Positions 52,290 to 64,000 of a stretch of 64,000 nt of DNA are shown here, one piece after another. The stretch is from Octopus vulgaris (taxonomy: Eukaryota). Position 1 is the first letter of the stretch; each line of letters starts with the position of its first letter. The notes under the pieces are model-generated. The model was not told the origin of the DNA and did not search any database. It saw nothing but the letters and a program-made list of their open reading frames with translations. The stretch covers positions 111,724,001 to 111,788,000 of the forward strand of contig OX597817.1 in NCBI GenBank assembly GCA_951406725.2, written 5' to 3'. A program made the translations under genes and the position numbers.

Positions 52290-52662
52290 GTGCAGACGTG
52301 GTTGTATTGTAAAAAGCTTGCTTCCTAACCACATGGTTCCGGGTTCAGTCTAACTACGTGGTGCCTTGTGCAAGTGGTCTTCTACTATAGCCTCTTGCCG
52401 ACCAAAGCCTTGTGAGTGAACTTGGTAGATGGAAACTGAAAGAAGCCCGTCATGTGTGTCTATCTTTATCCCCCACTACCGCTTCACAGCTGGTATTGGT
52501 GTGTTTACGTCCCCGTAACTTAGCGGTTCGGCAAAGAGGACGATGGAGTAAATACCAGGCTTTAAAGAATAAGTACTGGGGTCCATTCCTTCGACTAAAA
52601 TTTCAAGGTGGTGCCCCAGCATGACCGCACTCTGATGACTGAAACAAGCAAAAGATAAAGAT
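52290..52662 (+). mobile_element. Family-B tRNA-derived SINE, near full length
   Basis: Box B-like ggttccgggttcagtc, CORE-like ccttgtgcaagtg, tail ggtgccccagcatg...tgactgaaacaag-(A-rich). Confidence 0.85.
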
Positions 52663-54807
52663 AGCAGAGTTAAAAAGTCACGCCAGGTGGAAACTGGTGT
52701 TTCCATCACCACCACCTGGATGAGTCGTTTCATATCTTCATTATATCTATTGTATTCAGTAATGGAGATATTGGCTCATGTCTTTAGAAATAGATACCCA
52801 TAAACACCACCTGTTATCAAGGAAACCAAAATATATTTTTTGGTCCAAGGGAGATAAATCTAACTTATCAACCGGGATTATCTTAATTATTGTTCCGATA
52901 TTGGTTTCTTAAATTGGCATTTAAATTTTAAAAACAAGATACTATATTTGTAATCAACAACGAAATCGAGATGTAAAACAATAAATGAATCTGTTAGGAA
53001 TCATAATAGTAGAATTGATCAGAGGTCAGGCTTTATGTGTTTTTGAGTATATTTTTACCTTAACTTGTCTAAAATATCGTCCGTCATAAACTTTTGTTTT
53101 TTTTTGTTTTTTCCAGGATTTGCCATCACCAAAATCAAAGCGAATACAATTAAAGGTTGAGTCGATTCAGATCTTTAGCATATCTATTGTATCAAGTAAT
53201 GGAGATGTCTTTAGAAATTAATTATTTTCACGCCTTATTAAAACTTGTATGTATTAAGTGTTACCATTTTCATGTAACAATTATCATGCAAGCTCAGCAT
53301 TTAAAAATAAAGATAGTTATGAAAGTTTTTTATAAGTAAAAATGTATCTCAACCTTAAAGTAGAATATTTACGTCTTCATATGCTAAAATTATCTTCCAA
53401 ATCTTCAGTATATGGAAAAGAACTGTTTGCATTTTTCTTTTAAAATAAACTGAGCTAGTACTTCTTTTTATTTTTTGTTGTTTTTTCCTCATCAACTCTG
53501 AGGGGAAAAAATCACAATATTACATCACACCTACTCACTGATACGACACAGCTAAAACCTTTGCAATCTTTGTATTAAGTCTATGTTCCTCTAAACTCAT
53601 CATAATTATGTGTCACCTTCACTTGATGCACCTGTCTTTCATCCCCACATTATTTCCAGATTCAAAACTCTTTTCACAAACTTCCTTCTCTAAAGCCTTA
53701 CCCTTCTAGAACTCTTTTATTTATGTTTTTCCAAATACAAAACTTCAACAATTGAAAGTGAATATTATCTATTCTAATCTCATCTAGATATACCACAGGG
53801 GATGATTATGTTTTTCAAGTTTTAATGAGTTTGTAGCAAGGCCAATTTTTATAATGGCATATTGAAGACGATCAACTTTTATAGGCTCAGCATAGTAATC
53901 TGTAATGGTTGGTCATCTTACCTATCATGTGAGTGTTGAAAATTGGTTGAGTATTGCACGGAATTTGGATTACAGATCCAATCACGTTGTGCATAATACA
54001 TTCTCAAACAACTAATCTGAATGTGCTCTGGAGCTTACCCTTTTTCTATAAATTGGTGTGACAAATCATCAATGAGGATAGGGAAAAGTTCATTTCTTGT
54101 ATTATTTCCTCAAATGAACACACAACACATATTATATTATGGTATGCAAAATTTCACAGTAAAACCAAAGGAGATGTTGGTCTGCGCTGTTAAAAGTTAT
54201 TGAAACAATGTGAAAAAGAAGTGTCTTGCTCAAGGACACAATGCACCACTCAATCCAGGAACTGAACCCATGTCCTTATGATTATGTGACAAACACCCTA
54301 ACCATCATGCCATATGCTTTCACTGCATACAGCAGAAAAGCAAAAACTGTAGCATCAACTTGGCTGGCAAACATTTGAATATGTAAGTCACCTAGCTATA
54401 AAATGGTACCATGGGTGGCTATATCCTACCATAATAAGCAGCATTAGAACTGTATAGTTAATTTTTTCTTAGCTTTGCAATGCTACATTCAATCCTACTG
54501 TGGACCAGAATAATGATAGAAGCATTAATGTTGTTTCCTTATCAGTATCATATCAAAGTGATAATGGCTTCTTACATATGAACAATATCACAAATATGTA
54601 AGAAACATTTAATTTAAATTTAATGCACATGAATACATGGATGACATATATTCTATTAACCTTGAAGATATGTGAGTTGAACTCAAATATACAGCAATTA
54701 CAACACATCATGTAAGATATTTTAGTCTTGTTTACTATTGTTTCATGCTGTAATAATAATGTCTCACTTCATACTGTAATAATAACGTCAATAACAATGG
54801 TTTCTAA

Positions 54808-54920
54808 TTTAGGTACAAGGCCAGCAATTTTGATCAAAGTAGGGGTGAATCAATTATGTCGACCACAGTACTTAACTGTTACTTTGTTTTATGAACGCTA
54901 GAGAGTTGAAAGGCAAAAGA
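54808..54920 (-). mobile_element. Family-A SINE 3' fragment
   Basis: ggtacaaggccagcaatttt...gaaaggcaaa. Confidence 0.6.
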
Positions 54921-57189
54921 GAAGAAAAAAAACTTGAAAAATATTTTTACCAAAGCTCTAGTGATTCTTGCAATCCACTGCCTTCATACTGTCAAATCCT
55001 TTTCAAGACAGCTCATCTGCCACCCAGCTCTTGCATGTAGCTCTATAAACTGTATACAGCAGTGTTCCACCTCTTGGGCAATGGTTGAGAGTAGTCAATG
55101 GTTTTTCTGGCACTCAGAGAAATTCTTTGAGGACTGCCTGATTGTGTAGAGGAAACTTTCAGCAAATAATCGCTTATATCCTGTAGATTGAGTGTATGTA
55201 AAGATTTGTTGGAAAAAATTTTCCGATGGGTTGGGGTGAGGAGTTCTGGAAAATTCACAGGACCCGACCTTTCCGCCCTCATAACTTTCTGGAAAATAGG
55301 TATTTTTTAATGAAATTTTATACAAATACAATTCAAACGGTGTGGATTACGATTACATAGAAATTTGTAGGCAAAATCTTTAGAAGGGGAGGGGGGAAAT
55401 TTCTGGAAAACAGAGTTTCTGATCAGACAGCCCACATAAGTTGGAATTTCTCTGTCTTGACAGGAATTTTTTCCAATGTTTTTCACCAAAGTCTTCAGAA
55501 TGATGGGAGGTATCTTTTCACGTGAAAAAAAAATTTGGAAAATTTTTTTTTTTTTCACTCCCAGCACCCCAGTCCAAAACGATTCAGGCCATTTTTTTTT
55601 TTCACTATGCCCTTAAAACCCGTAAGAGAAACATTTTCTGTTTAAAAGAGAATTGTTAATAATTTCAGAGGAAAATGTGTGATTTAAGGGAGATCTGGCT
55701 TTTGTTTCTAGCACATCCCAAAACTTCCCTCCTTGTTTCTTTCTCACTCACACATCTATTGATATTTTTCAATATTTTCTCCTCATAAACAAATTTTATG
55801 GAATGATGCTGTCAAAGTAACACATGTAGTCCCAGCCAGGTGAGGCCGTGTTATGTGTAAGAAAAAACACCTAAAAAACATCTTTAGTGTTTATATTAAT
55901 CTGTCAAATGCTTATTCGTTCACGTTATTTTGAATTGTTTAGGTTCAAGAAGGGTGTCCACAATATTTGCTTGTAACTTTGTAAATTTTTTACATACAAA
56001 TTTGAAATTTTGTCAGTGGGTGCTTTATATACCACTGGTTTATAGTTATGTAGTTTTAGCTGAATTTGCTGAGTAAATTTTACTTCTATGGGCCGGTAAT
56101 TTTTACATATGTAAAAGCAATAACATTATAGATAAATACTAAAACTGAAATTCTTAATTATCTCTTATCTGTTTGATTTGTTACTAAAATTATCCCAACT
56201 AACAAACATTTTGCCACTTTTCAAGATGAGGTACATTAATTTGAATTAATTAAAATACAGGTATAATCGGTAGATTTTATTCATTCAGTAAATATTTCAT
56301 ACCTCGGTGTGGAATAATTTTTTTCCACAGTTTTTTCAGGTGCGTTCAACTTATCTGTACTCCAAACCTGCTGCAAGCCATTTTTTTCTGGAAAAGAAAG
56401 GTGGAAGGGGTGGTGGGAACTTTGAAGTTTCCCACCAAGGGGGTTTTGTTTCACGGTCTTTTTTTTCCCAGGTTATTCTGCATGGTTTTAACAAGTGTGA
56501 CATCGAAATCACATGTAAACAAATCCTTTTTCCAGAAAAGGAAAAATTTAGCTACATTTCTAGCATGCCCTGCTCCCATGAATCAGCTATTTGCATTCAC
56601 ACTGAAATATTTACCAACTTTTTTCCTTCCATTTATTTTTTCCATTTTATGGAAGTCAATATTTTCTCTGACATCCAGCTCAGCAAGGTCACGGATCAAG
56701 TGGAAACACATCAATCACCATTGTTCCCTCTTGACAGGACAAAGAAATTTCCCGCTGTCTTTGCAAGTAACAAGCAGGTGGCTTTGGTTTCAAATCCAGG
56801 CAGGGCCAAATGAGGTCCTACAAGTTATTTATGATAATAATTGGCATTATATCGGGGTTGAAAGAATGACGCATACAATATTAAATATGCTAAGACAATC
56901 TGAAAACAACAGAAAATTTTAAACGTTTACTGGGTTTTATACAATTTTTGGATTAACAGATTTGAGTTAAAAGAAGCTAAATGTAATAGAAGTTAATTAG
57001 TCTGATAATGATTTTCAAAGTTAACTTAAAAGTTAAATTGTTAACAAAAATGTTAACTTCCATTAATTAACGATTAACGGACTTACATCTAGCCCTGTAT
57101 ATATAGATTATATTATATATATAAATATTATATATATTGTCAGTAGTTCATATATCCAAAAAAGAAGCACACATTAGAGCTGTAATACA

Positions 57190-57356
57190 TTTTTTAGGAA
57201 GTTAAAGTTATGGCCGGTCATAAAGTGACTATTGCTTTTGCAACTATAAAGCACTTAGCAGTAGAGGAGTCATGTATACTGTTAAGCACTTTATAGATGT
57301 GAAACTAATGGTCACTCTATGACCAGCCATAACATTTAACTTCCTGAAGAAAAAAT
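57190..57356. repeat. Fold-back element with arms of about 80 bp
   Basis: aggaagttaaagttatggccggtcataaagtgactatt mirrored by aatggtcactctatgaccagccataacatttaacttcct. Confidence 0.82.
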
Positions 57357-57423
57357 ACATACATACATAATTACAAACGCACTACATACGTATGTACATA
57401 TATACATACATGCATTCATACAT

Positions 57424-58685
57424 AGGTCATTACATAAGTTCTGTCTGAATTTTGAATAAAGAAAACTAGTGATCAAATGTTATATTTAATTGAAATTTAA
57501 TCATCAATGTACTTTCCCTGATTATCTATGACAAGCTTTTTAATCCCATCAATGTAAAACTATTTTGGTTTTGAAGCAAAGATCTTTGAAATGTCAGTTT
57601 CGACCTCCTCTGAGCTTGCAAAAGTTATGTCCCCCAAATGATTCTGTAAACTAAGAAACAAATGGTAGTCTGAAAGAGCAAGGTCAGGAGAATTAAGTGG
57701 ATGAGGAATTTATTCCCAACCAAGCTCTTCGATCTTCTGTGATGTGATCTTTGCAGTGTGGGGTCACGCATTGTCTTGAAACATCACTCCTTTTCAATTC
57801 ACTAAAGCAGGTCTTTTTTTCTTCAAAGCTTGGTTCAAATGCTCTAATTGTTGACAGTAGACTTGAGCATTGATTGTTGCATTAGGTGGTAACAATTCAA
57901 AGTGAATTACTCTTTTGCAATCCCACCAGATAGAGAGAAGAACCTTTTTTCCATGAAGTTCCCTTCTCGGTTGGGGTTGAGCTTTTTCCCTTTTACCAAA
58001 CCACTGTTTATGACATTGAACATTTCAATAGAAGATCCATTTTTCATCACCAGTCACAAGTCTATCCAAAAAAGGTGAAATGAGTTCGCGATAATGGAGA
58101 GAAGAGCAGATGTCAACTTGGGCTTTGCCGTTGCTTTCGGACAATTCATGAGGCACCCATTTTCCAAGTTTAGGAACCTTTCCAAGTTGTTGAAGATGAC
58201 AATGAATAGTTGTATGGTTTGAACTAAGCTTTATTGTCAATTCTTCAACTGATAATGTAGGATTTTCTTCAAGTAATGCCTCAAGGAGCTCATCATCAAA
58301 CTCAACTGAACATCCTGGTTGATCTTCATCTTCAAGGCTGAAATCTCTTCTGAATTTTGCAAACCATCTTCTGCAAGTCCTTTCATACAAGCATTCTTTC
58401 CCATAAACTGAGTGTATGTTTCGAGCCACTTTGGCTGCAGAGTTTCCTTTTTTGTACTCATAAAGCGTTATGTGCCTTAAATGCTCTTTGGATACTTCCA
58501 AGTTAGAAAGGGTTTAAACCAAAGAAATTTTAATTCTATTATTCTGTAAAATAATATTTAATTAGTTTAAATGTACACAAATGCATAAAAATATTTTTTA
58601 ATTCTATTAGACATTCTAAAATACTATTAAATTTCATTCAATTTTAAAAAAGGTAAAATCAGACAGAACTTATGGGATGACCTGA
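57424..58685 (-). mobile_element. Full-length mariner (Mos1/Hsmar-like) element with disrupted transposase
   Basis: TIRs aggtcattacataagttctgtctga / tcagacagaacttatgggatgacct; WVPHEL, VTGDEKWIFY, FQDNA*PHTA, HPLNSPDLALSDYHLF; lies in TA-rich microsatellite. Confidence 0.93.
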
Positions 58686-59975
58686 TATATATATACATAA
58701 GTTAATTCAAACATGAAAACACAACAACGCGAGGACGTGGAACAAGTATAGTGTTATTGGACGCTCAGGAAAGAAAAGAAAGAAGGAGGATTTAACGTTT
58801 TGAGCGGAGCTCTTCGTCAGAAACAGGAAAAGGAAAGATCCAAGGAAGGGAAGACAGGAACAAAATAGGATTGTGTCTGTAAACATCACCTTGGCACAGG
58901 CACGTGGCCACTGGGGGGGGGGGGGCTATGGGGTGCTCAGCACCCCCAGTTAGAATCTCAGGCCCCCCTCCCCATTATAAGTTTCTGTTTTATCCACTTT
59001 TGAAATAATATATTGTCGCCACCTTCTTTTTTCTCATAAGCAATATCTGAAGTCGTTAAAGCTGTTATAAATTGAATTTCTTTTGATTTAGTAGTTAATA
59101 ATATGAAAACGTGGGTAAATTAGAGCTGGTCAAAGTGTTTGTTGTAGCTGTAATTTTTGTCGCAGAATTGGCTGCTGACCCGGTCATCAACTGTTGGGTT
59201 GAATTAAGGAGTGGCTGACGCTAGGTCAATTGTTGTTGTGGTGGTGGTGATTGTCCTTGTTGCTGTTGAAAAGTATGTGAAGAATTGTTGCTGTAGTTAG
59301 AGATTTATGGTAGTAAACGCATCACTACACAAGTATATATATGAACAGAGGCAGACATTAAAAGGTCATTTTATTTCTACTAGTCAGAGAGGATTATTAT
59401 TTGCGAAGAAGGAAAGAAAATTTTTGAAATTTCCCAAAATATACGTTCAGAAAGGATTTTTCAGGTGAGAACTTTCACTGAATAACTTTTCTTACTCTTT
59501 AAACAAAGTTTATACTGAAATTATTTTGTGTTTAACTAAAAAAAGCATAACTATGAAAAAATTGCTTGAACTGAAATCTCTTACGAGTTTAGTTTTAAAA
59601 TACATAAATTTTAAGAAATTGTTACACTTACGATATTCTACCTTATTGCTAATTTCAGTTCCCAAAAATAATGAATCCCTACAGAAAAAGAGAACTGAAG
59701 CAATTATTGCTGATTCATATAAACAAAAGTTTCGCAGCTCAAGGGCGGTCTTGCCGTCTTTGACACCCTCATAGGACAGGTCGACTGCCAACCAGTGCAA
59801 CCAGTTCTAGCAAAGTTTGATCCAAAAATTTATGGAAATCAAAGACGTGACTTCTCGTCAAGCTGATATACTGGTCGTTTATGGTTAGAGTATTCTCTTT
59901 CAAAGAAAGCCTTGTTTGTTTTGCTTGTCGGCACTTTAATACTTCCGCTCAAGCTGATAATTGTTTTATTAAAAA

Positions 59976-60488
59976 CTAGCAGTATCGCCCGGCGTTGCTC
60001 GGGTTTGTAAGGGAAATAACTATATAAGCATTTTTAGAGAGTTACTTCCCTTATAGATGCCAATTCGTGCTTTCTTAGCCATTTCTGTTTTGGTGTCTTC
60101 AAGCCATGAAGTCGTTGTTCTAAAAGAACGCTGGTCTCCTTGACAACGCTTTACGACGTTGATTTCCTTACACTCCCTTCCCCACAGCTTCACGAGGGAG
60201 GGAAGAAGGGGGAGAAGCAAACAGGTGCAGGTGTGACCATGGACGCCAACTCCGCAGCCATCGACACACGAAAAATTATGCATTAAAATGGAATAAAAAA
60301 TGATGTTAAATTATTTTTAAAATCGTATACTCATCGTAGACGCGCGCTAATACTCAGACGGGCTCGATATGAATCACGACTATAAGATACCCGAATTTGG
60401 TTAAACTGCACAGCAAAATGTGGGAGTAGTTAGGAATCTAAATCGAAGGGGACAGACACTCACACAACTACAGTTTTATATATATAGA
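59976..60488 (-). mobile_element. Non-autonomous Helitron inserted in the hAT transposase
   Basis: Minus strand A|TCTATATA...cccgagcaacgccggg (hairpin)...CTAG|T; no TSD; transposase frame resumes on the other side. Confidence 0.9.
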
Positions 60489-61024
60489 TGGATATTCTAA
60501 TTGGCATCACGCAAAAGAAAAAAGCAAAGGTTTAAATAAGCACGCAAACTCTGCATCCCCTATCCAAGCTATGCTAACATGGAAGGAACGCCAACAGCAT
60601 TTATCCACATCTCTGTCTTCAATCTTGCAAAATGATCAGTTGAGCAAAAACCGTTATTATATCAGTTCCATTGTTGATATTGTTCATTTCCTTTGTGCAA
60701 ACGAATTGCCTTTTCGAGGAAACAAAAATGAAGAATCTTTATTCGGAAGATGACACGCAGCCTTGTGGTCTTTTTTACACATTAGAGAAAGACTCAAAGC
60801 TAATGGAATGTTATAGCACGATTCCAAAAACTGCGATCTACACCTCAGCAGCAATGCAAAAGGAAATCATTGAATTGTTGAGAAGAAACCGTCAGCCTCG
60901 TGGTCGATGTTTATTTGAAATTATATAAAAATAATGTTTAAAGATTTGGCTATTATCTCTAGCATGTAGAAATACCTTTTAGGCTTAACTATGTGCTTGT
61001 TGAAAAGCATTAAAAAAAATATTG

Positions 61025-61110
61025 GAGTCGGTACATTCGACTAAAAATTCTTCGAGGTGATGCCCCAGTATGGCCTCAGTTTAAAGATTGCAACAAGTAA
61101 AATGAAAATA
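61025..61110 (+). mobile_element. 3' fragment of family-B SINE
   Basis: ttcgactaaaaattcttcgaggtgatgccccagtatggcc matches 52590-52625. Confidence 0.7.
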
Positions 61111-64000
61111 ATGAAATATATCAGAAGTTTTGACCAGGCTAGGCGTCAAGAAATGTGGGGGGGGGGGACCAAAACAATAAACGAAAAATATAAGCATAAG
61201 GCTTTTGTCCACTTCAGATTGGAAATTCAGCAATGATTGCTTCAGTTCTCTTTTTCGGTAGTGATAAATTATTTTTGGGCACTGATATTAGCAATAATTA
61301 ATTCTAAGGTAGAATATCGTAGTAAGAGTAACAATTTCTTAAAACTTATGTATTTTAAAACTAAACGCGTAAGAGATTTCAGTTCAAGCAATTTTTTTTT
61401 TTTTTCAATTTCTTCATAGTTATGCTTTTTTAGTTAAACACAAAAGTAGGGGCAATCAGCTGGCTACGTGGCTGCCTTGGCAAGAAACGAACTATTCAAA
61501 TACCAAGAAATAGCTCTCAAATCTCCCTTAGAAACGACAATAAGAGCTCAATGTCATAGATATAGAAAATATAGAACGGTCAGGCTGACTGAGGTTAACT
61601 AACTACAGCAATTTCATTAATATCCACTACAATACTCAGGATATCTGTAAGCCTGTTGACCACCTATTTAATACATCTGACACCTCCACTGGCCACTTCC
61701 AGAGATGCTGTTCACATATTTTCATATACCCACGAATAAGCCAACAAGGAAGTTTCTATGGTATTGCCTAGCTGGGTAGAAATAGCTGTCAAATTCACTC
61801 AAATGACTCCCTACTATCTTGAACAAAGGACACATTGGCCAGAGTATTCTTATATTAACAACAACAAAAAAAGAAAAGAAATGATCAGAGCTCAAGGATC
61901 TTTGATCATAAGATTGTTCAGTCAGATGTCACTTGTTTCTAACAGTAACAGTATACCCATAACATAAGAAGTAACATATCCTTGTTTTGCACAGCTTCAA
62001 AAAGCTTAAACAAACTTCCATTTTTCTGATTACTCTCCTTCCTGTTCTTAATGATGTTTTCAATTACAAACATTCAGGAGCATCCATAAGTTACACGTAA
62101 GGAGAAAAAAATACAGTTTAGTTTAAAGCTGTTGACTATGGTATCTCCTACTAAAAATTAGCATAATGCCTTGTTGATTAGAGACCCATCAAAATAACTA
62201 CTTTGATATATTTAGACCTATTCCTTCAACCATGAATATTTATCATATGGAAATAAAGTAAGATCAGCTTAGTAAAAATAATGATAAGGGAAAAAATATT
62301 TCTTATATGTTCAAGTTGGTATAATCAATAAGCATAATCCAGAATGTTAACGATACTTGTTTTATAAGTCTTAATGAAATTTAAAATCATAAGCTTAACC
62401 ATCTCTGAAATTTTCTTTTGGACTTTCTGATAAAACGTAAACCAATGGACATTTTATGAACCTGTTTTCGTATTAAATTTACTATGTTAAACATAATTTA
62501 GAATAAACATATAATTTCTTTTTTAAAAAATCCCATGTAGAAGATTTATTTTATAACAATGGTAAATATAGACATATCTTTAGATTTCTGATAGTGTAGA
62601 ACTAGTAAAAAATAAAATAGCTCTTGTGTCAACTTCGATCTTCCATAGTTCTCATAAACTTATCGTTAACACGTGACAGTTATTTTACCATTTGATAAGC
62701 ACCTCGTAAGGTTTTCTGTCTCTTCAGGTAAGTAATGTTCCTGAAGATTTTATCTTTTTTTTACTACGATGATCAGCTTCTTGTCAAAAAGAGCGATCTA
62801 TGCTGTTATGCACTCTATCGCTTCATTAAGCAAAAGCAACTAACTGATGTAAGAATATCAACTTAATGTTGTGACTTCTGTAAAACTTGTTTATCCAACA
62901 CGTTTTCCACTTCATAGGAAAAGTAGAAACAACACTGTTAAAAGTTAAGAAAAGCCTTTCGTGTGTGCACCTTCACTGAATCGAAACATTTGTTTACTCA
63001 TGATCAAACACCATCGTCCATTATACGATCGCTGGTCAGTCGATTTCCCAACATTTCATTTCCACAAAACTATAGAATGTTAGCGTATTTTATCTTATAT
63101 TTTGTTGTTAGCAGTATTTTGACCCGTATATTCAGTTACCTAATGATATTTTGCTTTTGTGTTTATTGTCATTTTATTCTTTACCAATCATTTTTGTTTT
63201 TCGATACACCTCTTTATATTCTTTAGAACATGATGTTAACTTTATCTTATAAACACGTAATGTCTCCAATTATCAAATTTTTAGAATATCATCGTGTTTA
63301 TTTCCTCTATATATAAGTAACAATTTTACAAACCCCGAAGACAAGTGCCTAAGTTCGGTTTATAAAACATTGAGATAATCTCCCTCTTGGTAGGACTCGT
63401 AACTTTTCATAGCTAGTTAAACCAAGTAAAGTAAAATTTTCTGGACAAAAATATAACTGAGTGATTTCAGATCTCTATGAACCAATTATCTAAGTAAGAT
63501 TAGTGCGGTTTTCACTGGGTTACAAGGTTGCACTTCTAGAATGTACCCAAGAAAATAACGCGGACGCGCGGATTGTCGAATTTTTAAAGTACCGGGCAAC
63601 CAGACAAGAAGTTGAGTAATTCATCGCATCTTGACACTAGAAAAAACACATAACCAGTACCGCCGTCTTAAAGCATGGCACACTAGAAAAGTTGCCCGGG
63701 ACACAATTTTGATCCATGTATTTTTGTGGCTTTCGATCATTAAAGGGTCCAGTGCATTGATTTGCCCTGTGACCTATAACGCTTGTCAGACGGCCCTGCA
63801 CCTAACTCTCAAATCCCCAAAGTACATCTCTAGCTATAAATAAGTATTGTAGAGTATAAGTGTAACTTTGGGAAAAAGTTACGAGCGTTTCAATCGATTA
63901 AAATCCGGAGTTCTGCGAGGAAAGGAATGGGTTCCAAGTTTGATTTGCTCCAATCATTATTGCTGTTCTTATGACCCAAGGTAATGACAGTCATTTATTC

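Larger units (their letters stand above)
58897..61474 (+). mobile_element. hAT (Tip100/ZMYM1-like) transposon derivative with TTF-type zinc-finger remnant
   Basis: TIRs caggcacgtggcca / tggctacgtggctg, perfect 8-bp TSD ccttggca (58889-58896, 61475-61482); remnants WLEYSL..FACRHF, GYSNWHHAKEKSKGLNKH, FLCANELPFRG, YTSAAMQKEII. Confidence 0.88.

Noticed and set aside
56307-56922. Two overlapping ORFs of about 170 aa as genes
   Set aside because: Non-ATG starts, no recognisable domain, probable TE remnant.
58025-58501. SETMAR-like domesticated gene
   Set aside because: TIRs present, start codon lost, stops and frameshifts, no SET domain.
60489-60930. Host ZMYM1-like gene
   Set aside because: Lies within TIR/TSD-bounded hAT element, frameshifted and split by a Helitron.

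Overview
Eukaryotic, AT-rich, repeat-dominated genomic DNA, most likely from an octopus/coleoid cephalopod (inferred from the recognisable tRNA-derived SINE families and a tandem C2H2 zinc-finger gene; not verified by search). The only clear host coding sequence is a minus-strand exon with 8 intact C2H2 fingers (10961-11791). Its gene probably starts at a CpG-retaining region near 27.7 kb. The rest is mobile DNA: R4/Dong-like, CR1-group, RTE and Tx1/L1 non-LTR retrotransposons, two decayed Ty3/Gypsy elements, two Tc1/mariner elements, a Chapaev-type transposon, hAT elements and MITEs, two Helitrons, several fold-back elements and SINE arrays. The most striking structure is at 40931-46809: an ORF1-only ('half-L1'-like) retroelement and a two-ORF Tx1-clade element sit head-to-tail, separated and flanked by three copies of the same 18-21 bp target sequence. 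This points to a [16 protein letters not shown] Tx1 system with ORF1-only non-autonomous partners. Coordinates of decayed repeats are approximate unless TIRs/TSDs are quoted.
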